Below are positions 6,992-11,994 of a stretch of 11,994 nt of DNA, one piece after another. Below the pieces are notes generated by a model, which saw only the letters and a program-made list of their open reading frames with translations, was not told the DNA's origin and searched no databases. Origin of the DNA: Thermovirgaceae bacterium (GTDB taxonomy: Bacteria > Synergistota > Synergistia > Synergistales > Thermovirgaceae); NCBI GenBank assembly GCA_046542505.1, contig JBKHBH010000066.1, positions 1 through 11,994 on the forward strand. Direction: 5' to 3'. Position 1 is the first letter of the stretch. Every line of letters begins with the position of its first letter. The position numbers were made by a program, and so were the translations under genes.

Positions 6992-8726
6992 CGACACCTC
7001 CAAACTGAAGTGTGCAAAGTCTTGCATAGAGTCCCCCGGCTCTCTTGAGTTCCTCGTGAGCCCCTTCTTCCACGACCATTCCCTTGTCAAGAACGATAAT
7101 ACGATCCGCTTCACGAACCGTCGACAGCCGGTGGGCGATGATTATGGACGTCCTGCCCTTCATGGCTTTTTGCATGGCCTTCTGAATCTCCTGCTCCACG
7201 GCGGCATCCAGTGACGAGGTCGCCTCGTCGAGGATGAGAATCCTGGGATTCCTGACAATGGCCCGTGCGATGGCCAGACGCTGTCGTTGCCCGCCGCTCA
7301 ACGTCACTCCCCTCTCGCCGACTTTCGTTTCGTACCCTTCGGGAAGGCTTTCGATGAAACGGTGAATACCGGCCACTTTCGCCGCTTTTTCAATGACCTT
7401 TTCTTCGGGATCCTTCAGCCCGTAGGCGATATTGGACATAACGGTTCCCTTGAGGAGGACCGGATCTTGAGGAACGATCCCTATCTGCCGCCTGAGCGTC
7501 TTCAAATCAAGTTGTTTCACGTCAACGCCGTCAACGAGCACAGCACCGCTTTGCGGATCGTAGAAACGTGGGATCATGTCGGCCAAAGTCGACTTCCCCG
7601 CGCCGGTGGGCCCTACAAGAGCCACTTTTTCTCCGGGGGCCACGGAAATGTTCACATCCCTCAGTACCCAATTCTCGTCCCGGTAAGAAAAACAGACGCC
7701 CTGGAAATCGATGCGGCCCGAAATGTTTTCAAGGCACACGGGGTTTTTGGGCGGGACGACCTCGCTTTGGATATCGATAATTTCGAATATTCTGTCCGCC
7801 GAGGCGAGGCCCTGCTGCATTTTCGCCACGACTCTGGAGAAGGCCCGAATGGGCTGCACCAGAAGCGCCAGATATCCCAGAAAGGCGACGAGCTCTCCCG
7901 GCGTCATTTCTCCGCCGATGACAAGTCGGCCGCCAAACCACAGGATGACGGCAAGAGCCGTGACCAGGATGACCTCGATAAGCCCGGCGAGGGCGGCGTT
8001 GACCTGGGTCCCGCGCATGAGCGCCTTGAAATGGAGCCTGTTCTGCTCCCGGAACCTGGCGAATTCCTCTTCTTCCGTTGCGAAGGATCTTACAATCCTG
8101 ATTGCCGAGATCGCTTCATAGGCCGTTGCCGATAGGTCCGCCAGTCTCCGCTGGATATCATGACCCACGGATCGAAGTCTCTTCGACGCCTTGTCCAGCA
8201 CCCAGGCGGCCACTGGAAGAACAATAAAGGTTAAAGCCGTCAGCTTCCAGTTCAAAAAGAGCAAAAAGGCTATCATCCCGACGAAGCTCAAACTGTGAAC
8301 CACGATATCGATGACCACGGTTGTTATCATTTCCTGGACTTTTGTCACATCGTTGGTGATCCTCGAAATGAGCTCGCCGACCCGGGTTCCATACAGATAT
8401 TTCAGGGACATCCTCTGGGTGTGGTCATAGAGTTCAAGCCGGATGTCCATGACCACCTTCTGGCCCACCCAGTTCATCAGGTACTGCTGACCGTAATAGG
8501 CAACGTTCTTCCCCACATAGAGCAAAACGAGACCCACGGCAAGAAAATTGAGCATTGCCATGTTCTTGCTGATGAGGACATCGTCAACGATGTCCTTAAG
8601 CAGCCAGGGAGCCACTACGTTGCAGGCAGAAGCAAGAACCATGCACCCCAGGGCCGAAAGCAGTCTCGGCACATAGGGCCTTCCGTAGACAAGAAGTCTT
8701 GCGTAAGTGCTCTTTTTCCCCTTCAT
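6972..8726 (-). CDS. msbA: Lipid A ABC exporter/flippase (TMD + NBD), MsbA-like
   Basis: Multi-TM N-terminal domain; Walker A GPTGAGKST, Q-loop VPQD, signature LSGGQRQR, Walker B ILILDEATS, H-loop IAHRLST. Sits immediately upstream of lpxK, the classic msbA-lpxK arrangement. Confidence 0.9.
   Translation of the reverse strand: MKGKKSTYARLLVYGRPYVPRLLSALGCMVLASACNVVAPWLLKDIVDDVLISKNMAMLNFLAVGLVLLYVGKNVAYYGQQYLMNWVGQKVVMDIRLELYDHTQRMSLKYLYGTRVGELISRITNDVTKVQEMITTVVIDIVVHSLSFVGMIAFLLFLNWKLTALTFIVLPVAAWVLDKASKRLRSVGHDIQRRLADLSATAYEAISAIRIVRSFATEEEEFARFREQNRLHFKALMRGTQVNAALAGLIEVILVTALAVILWFGGRLVIGGEMTPGELVAFLGYLALLVQPIRAFSRVVAKMQQGLASADRIFEIIDIQSEVVPPKNPVCLENISGRIDFQGVCFSYRDENWVLRDVNISVAPGEKVALVGPTGAGKSTLADMIPRFYDPQSGAVLVDGVDVKQLDLKTLRRQIGIVPQDPVLLKGTVMSNIAYGLKDPEEKVIEKAAKVAGIHRFIESLPEGYETKVGERGVTLSGGQRQRLAIARAIVRNPRILILDEATSSLDAAVEQEIQKAMQKAMKGRTSIIIAHRLSTVREADRIIVLDKGMVVEEGAHEELKRAGGLYARLCTLQFGGVDAQSSG
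6995..7001 (-). promoter_or_regulatory. Shine-Dalgarno site (GGAGGTG) for the lpxK fusion, inside the msbA 3' end
   Basis: Minus strand reads ttGGAGGTGtcgATG, with ATG at 6991. Confidence 0.75.
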
Positions 8727-8730
8727 CGAA

Positions 8731-9816
8731 TCATCCTATGCCAAGTCTTTCCAAAACCAACGCCACGACTCTTTCCGCCGCACCGGCATCGCACGAAAAT
8801 TCCAGAAGTTCTTCCCGTCGCAAATTCCGTTCTTTTTCATCAGCCAAAAGGCGGGAAACCACTCCAGCCAAGTCTTTTGGAACAACATCTCCAATAATCT
8901 CCTGCATGATCTCTCGTCCCGCAATCCTGTTTGGCCATGCGATGAATCCCTTCTTCCTGGAAGCCGTCCTGAGAAACTTTTCTTTCAGCCAGCCTTCTCC
9001 ACCAAAGTTTCTGTCCAGCACCCCCATGATGCCTGACAGGGGAACCCGCCGAAGGAAGGGAAACGGGACAGCTACGATGGCCGGAACCCCTGCGTAAAGC
9101 AGTTCCAGCGTATTCGTTCCGGGCTGTGTCAGGGCGAGATCGGCCTCCTTGAGCACAACCCCTGCCCCTGTTTTGACGGGGTTCAACCCGCCTTGTTCCC
9201 AACGTCCGATCTCATTATCCGTAGCAAAAGGCGACATGACCGTAAGAGTTTCAATAGAAAGGCCACGGCCGTCAAGATGCGCCCGGAATTCCTTCAGGTA
9301 TTCCAGGGAAGCTTCGCGGATGGAGGGGCGGCTGCCTGGGAAAAGGGCAAGTCTATGATCCTTTTCATGAGACCAAGGTGTCGGGCCTTCATCCATTTTC
9401 ATCGCATCCGCCACGAGGTCCCCCACGTAGTCAGTGGCTTCCGGCACCATCTGGGGCCACGCCGTCAGGAAGCGCTCCGTACGTGACATGAAAGCCTTTC
9501 GGCCATAGGCATAACAAAAAATGGGGATACGCCGGCCCGCCGCACGGAGGCCGTAGATCAGGTCCCCTCCCATCTGCAAAACAAGATCCCATGAGCCGTG
9601 ACGCAAATCGTGCAGCGTGGAGAGAAAGTCTCCCGGCGGCACCACTTCGTCCGCCCCGAGCTCCGACGCCACCCGGTGCTCCTCTCCGGTGGCGAATTGG
9701 CATGGCAGCATTTTGACGGTAACACGGCAACCTGCTTTTTTCAAAAGGGGCACGAGGGGGCGAACCCAACACCAGAGCTCTCCCGGTCCATTGGTCAGGA
9801 TCAGGATGTGCTTCAC
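8731..9816 (-). CDS. Uncharacterised LpxB-like GT-B glycosyltransferase ('NGPGE' type), ~361 aa
   Basis: Starts ILILTNGPGELWCWVRP. The C-lobe has LpxB-like motifs ALFPGSR, PGTNTLEL and IAWPNRIAGREIMQE, but IDxPDF and VWAWR are missing. Start moved from 9921 to GTG 9816, which gives a GTGA overlap with the lpxB stop and has AAGGAG 8 nt upstream. Confidence 0.8.
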   Translation of the reverse strand: MKHILILTNGPGELWCWVRPLVPLLKKAGCRVTVKMLPCQFATGEEHRVASELGADEVVPPGDFLSTLHDLRHGSWDLVLQMGGDLIYGLRAAGRRIPIFCYAYGRKAFMSRTERFLTAWPQMVPEATDYVGDLVADAMKMDEGPTPWSHEKDHRLALFPGSRPSIREASLEYLKEFRAHLDGRGLSIETLTVMSPFATDNEIGRWEQGGLNPVKTGAGVVLKEADLALTQPGTNTLELLYAGVPAIVAVPFPFLRRVPLSGIMGVLDRNFGGEGWLKEKFLRTASRKKGFIAWPNRIAGREIMQEIIGDVVPKDLAGVVSRLLADEKERNLRREELLEFSCDAGAAERVVALVLERLGIG

Positions 9817-10946
9817 AGGGCTATCTCCTTCAGGATTGATCTCGCCCAATCCCTGACGGCACATTTTTTCCCCAGCTCCAGGGCTGTCTTCTCCATGAGC
9901 GTTTTTGCCCTTTCCCGGCACTCTTGATCCTCGAGATATGTTTTCAGCCCGTGCAGGATATTTCCCGCCGTCGCCTCGCCCTGCAAGAATTCCGGAAAAA
10001 GCTCTTCACCTGCTAGAATGTTCGGTATCGAGATCCAAGGAGTCTTCACGAAAAGCTTGTAGGCAAGGCTTGAACTGAAAGAGGCTTTGTACAAGACCAC
10101 CATAAAGGTCTTCATTATAAGGGCCTCCACGGCGAGGGTGCCGCTCGCACCCGCCACGGCGCTGGAAACCGCCAGAACCCGGGTTCCCGGACCTTCGTAA
10201 ATATCGAAATCAGGAGCGGATTTACGGACAAATCGTCGGGTCTTTTCGGGCAAAAAAGGCGCAAGGGAAAGCAGGGGATAGTACCCATCCTCTTGAAGCC
10301 GCCTCCCGGCCTCGAGCAGCGGAGGCAAAAGACGGGTGATTTCGGCGGGACGGCTGCCGGGAAGAAGCCCGACAACGGTCTTGCCGGCAAGATGGTTTCC
10401 CGGATTTTGTTCCGGGCAGAAGCCGTCGAGACAGCCTTTCAGGGGATGACCGCTCCATTTGCTCCTGACGCCATGATTGAGCAGGAATGTATGTTCGAAC
10501 TCGAAGAGGGGAAGGCACAAATCGCACAGGCGTTTCAGCTTTTTTGTACGCGACACCCGCCATGCCCAGACCGTCGGGGGGCAGAGATACACGACCTTTC
10601 CCCTGTAGCCAAGCTTCCTGATGGATGACAAAAGGGGCAGATGAAAATCCGGACTGTCGATGACGACAACGGCGGCAGGCCTTTCGGCAAGAATTTTTTC
10701 GGCGATCTCCTTTTTCAGGCGAAAGAGACGCGGAATCGCCCCGAGGACCTCGCTGATACCCATGAGCCGGAGTTCGTCCATGGACCACTTCGCCTCGACT
10801 CCTGAACCGGTGCTTTCAGGGCCGACCATTCCCCAGATCCGCCCCGTGAACCCTTCATCCCGAAGAGCCTTCACCAGAACAGAAGCGTACTGGTCGCCCG
10901 AAGTCTCTCCACAACTCAAAAAAAGGGAATCTAGCTGAGCCCCCAT
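9813..10946 (-). CDS. lpxB: Lipid-A-disaccharide synthase
   Basis: Canonical motifs GETSGD, MGISEVL, IDSPDF, PPTVWAWR, GHPL, LLPGSRPAEI, SGTLAVE and IPNILAG...PEFLQ; directly downstream of lpxI. Confidence 0.93.
   Translation of the reverse strand: MGAQLDSLFLSCGETSGDQYASVLVKALRDEGFTGRIWGMVGPESTGSGVEAKWSMDELRLMGISEVLGAIPRLFRLKKEIAEKILAERPAAVVVIDSPDFHLPLLSSIRKLGYRGKVVYLCPPTVWAWRVSRTKKLKRLCDLCLPLFEFEHTFLLNHGVRSKWSGHPLKGCLDGFCPEQNPGNHLAGKTVVGLLPGSRPAEITRLLPPLLEAGRRLQEDGYYPLLSLAPFLPEKTRRFVRKSAPDFDIYEGPGTRVLAVSSAVAGASGTLAVEALIMKTFMVVLYKASFSSSLAYKLFVKTPWISIPNILAGEELFPEFLQGEATAGNILHGLKTYLEDQECRERAKTLMEKTALELGKKCAVRDWARSILKEIAL
9825..9830 (-). promoter_or_regulatory. Shine-Dalgarno site (AAGGAG) for the NGPGE-type gene
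   Basis: Minus strand reads AAGGAGatagccctGTG, with GTG at 9816. Confidence 0.7.
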
Positions 10947-11731
10947 ACCGCAATCCCCGTTTCCCGGGCGAGACAGGCAAAATCATCCCTTTCCAGAACA
11001 ATTGTCCGCCCCGCTTCGACGGCAAGGCATCCAAGACCCGCTGATGAAATGTTTTGAACCGTTGAGGGACCCACTGTCGGGAGGTCATACCGTTCATCCT
11101 GGTCCTCCCGCATCATTTTGAGCACAATCCCCCCCCGGGCAAGTTCCCCGGCCCTTTCGATCATCCGATCCGTTCCCTCCATGGCTTCAACGGCGACAAC
11201 GGCCTTGCGGTATACCGCAAGGGTTTGCCCGAAGGACAGGGGCAGAAGAGTCCGCGCAACCTCTCTTGCGTAAGCGATATCCTCCATTTCTTCATCACTG
11301 GGGACACGCCCCGCAATACACCCCTCAGGCGCCAGAAGATCCGGCACAACATCCTTGTAGGGAAGCACCTTCACTCCCGTTGATTCAATGGCCGAAACGA
11401 TGGCGCCAAGAAGGCAGTGATCGTCCCGTGAATCGAGATTTTCCAGAATCCTTCCCAGGCTTTCACCCAGTCTTTCCGGCCGGTACATGAGGGTTTTCGG
11501 CACCAGTCCGGCGAGCATCAGGTTCCTGATTCCCCGTTCCGCCAGGTCCCGGCTGACAAATTCCAGGTTCGGTGCTTCCAGGGGCACCACGTCTTCAGCC
11601 TCGAGTTCCGCAAACCGGTCCGGGGCTTTGCCAAGGGCATAGACCAGAGGCGGCCGGTTTTCGTGAACCAGCCGGGTGACGATTTCTTCTGGAAGTCTTC
11701 CTTCGCCTGCAACAAGGGCGATATCAGGCAC
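10931..11731 (-). CDS. lpxI: UDP-2,3-diacylglucosamine diphosphatase LpxI (DUF1009 family)
   Basis: IALVAGEGRLP, DDHCLL, GQT, VVAVEAMEGTDRMIER, QDERYDLPTVGPST and LAVEAGRT motifs; lpxI-lpxB adjacency. GTG 11731 is preferred over ATG 11737 because GGAGG (11739-11743) is 7 nt from the GTG but only 1 nt from the ATG. Confidence 0.9.
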   Translation of the reverse strand: MPDIALVAGEGRLPEEIVTRLVHENRPPLVYALGKAPDRFAELEAEDVVPLEAPNLEFVSRDLAERGIRNLMLAGLVPKTLMYRPERLGESLGRILENLDSRDDHCLLGAIVSAIESTGVKVLPYKDVVPDLLAPEGCIAGRVPSDEEMEDIAYAREVARTLLPLSFGQTLAVYRKAVVAVEAMEGTDRMIERAGELARGGIVLKMMREDQDERYDLPTVGPSTVQNISSAGLGCLAVEAGRTIVLERDDFACLARETGIAVWGLS

Positions 11732-11738
11732 TGCCATT

Positions 11739-11743
11739 CCTCC
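11739..11743 (-). promoter_or_regulatory. Shine-Dalgarno site (GGAGG) for lpxI
   Basis: Minus strand reads tagGGAGGaatggcaGTG, directly after the lptF/G stop. Confidence 0.7.
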
Positions 11744-11994
11744 CTACCTGTTGGCCCTGAAGGCCAGTCTGAGGGCGTATGCAAAAAAGAGTGCATTCGG
11801 CATCCAGGCCGCTACGAAAGGCGGCAGGTAACCCGCTTCTCCGAAGGACTTGAAAAATGACATAAGCACGTAATAAACGAAGACCACCATGACGCTTACC
11901 GCAAGTCCGATGCCGGAGCCGGTCCTGTGCGGCCTGATGCCGAGGGCCGAACCCAGAAGGGCCAGAATGACACAGGCCCACGGAAGAGAAAGCT
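11744..11994 (-). CDS. LPS export permease LptF/LptG family, C-terminal fragment (5'-truncated by window edge)
   Basis: Not in the ORF track. Manual translation from 11992: LSLPWACVILALLGSALGIRPHRTGSGIGLAVSVMVVFVYYVLMSFFKSFGEAGYLPPFVAAWMPNALFFAYALRLAFRANR*. This matches the typical last TM helices and the 'G.LPP..AAW.PN' motif of LptF/G. Confidence 0.88.
   Translation of the reverse strand, partial: LSLPWACVILALLGSALGIRPHRTGSGIGLAVSVMVVFVYYVLMSFFKSFGEAGYLPPFVAAWMPNALFFAYALRLAFRANR

Noticed and set aside
6992..7114. 41-aa N-terminal extension of the LpxK fusion
   Set aside because: Lies within the conserved MsbA NBD tail, and a strong SD precedes ATG 6991.
1076..8897. Series of long + strand ORFs (e.g. 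1076-2227, 2538-3374, 3188-3940, 3877-4791, 5141-6592, 7287-8135, 8295-8897)
   Set aside because: All lie antisense to well-supported genes and have H/P/R/G-rich composition without family motifs. This is the expected result of codon bias suppressing antisense stops in GC-rich DNA.
8731..9816. NGPGE gene as a recent lpxB duplicate or pseudogene
   Set aside because: The ORF is intact with its own SD, shows no visible nucleotide-level repeat with lpxB, and shares only short motifs, pointing to an old paralogue.
9817..9921. 35-aa N-terminal extension of the NGPGE protein
   Set aside because: Overlaps lpxB. GTG 9816 has an SD and a GTGA coupling overlap, and the first beta-strand starts right after it.
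11724..11981. 85-aa minus-strand ORF in the track
   Set aside because: Wrong frame. The frame ending at TAG 11744-11746 encodes a clear LptF/G C-terminus.
1..11994. RNA genes, CRISPR arrays, IS elements, tandem repeats, terminators
   Set aside because: The window is almost entirely coding and none were recognised by eye. Short A/T runs fall in ordinary Lys/Phe codons with intact frames.

Overview
The whole window is one tightly packed minus-strand gene string with no intergenic gap over ~22 nt. It encodes a lipid A/Kdo (LPS) biosynthesis and export cluster from a moderately GC-rich diderm bacterium; gene order and protein style suggest Synergistota (inference). In transcription order (right to left): 3' end of an LptF/LptG permease, lpxI, lpxB, an uncharacterised LpxB-like glycosyltransferase ('NGPGE' type), msbA, lpxK fused to a second uncharacterised LpxB-related GT-B domain ('SNGYGED' type), kdsB, kdsA, kdsD, waaA, then an iron-containing alcohol dehydrogenase that runs off the left edge. 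The two edge genes are missing from the ORF track and were translated by hand. Two signals stand out. (1) There are three LpxB-fold modules, only one canonical, and one is fused to an LpxK with an altered P-loop (GGTNKT), which suggests an undescribed lipid A glycosylation or tailoring step. (2) A Fe-ADH is closely linked behind waaA and resembles KdnB of the 8-amino-Kdo (Kdo8N) pathway, alongside a KdsB with several non-canonical active-site motifs, which suggests a modified Kdo. No RNA genes, repeats, CRISPR arrays or mobile elements were seen. All + strand ORFs are judged antisense shadows.
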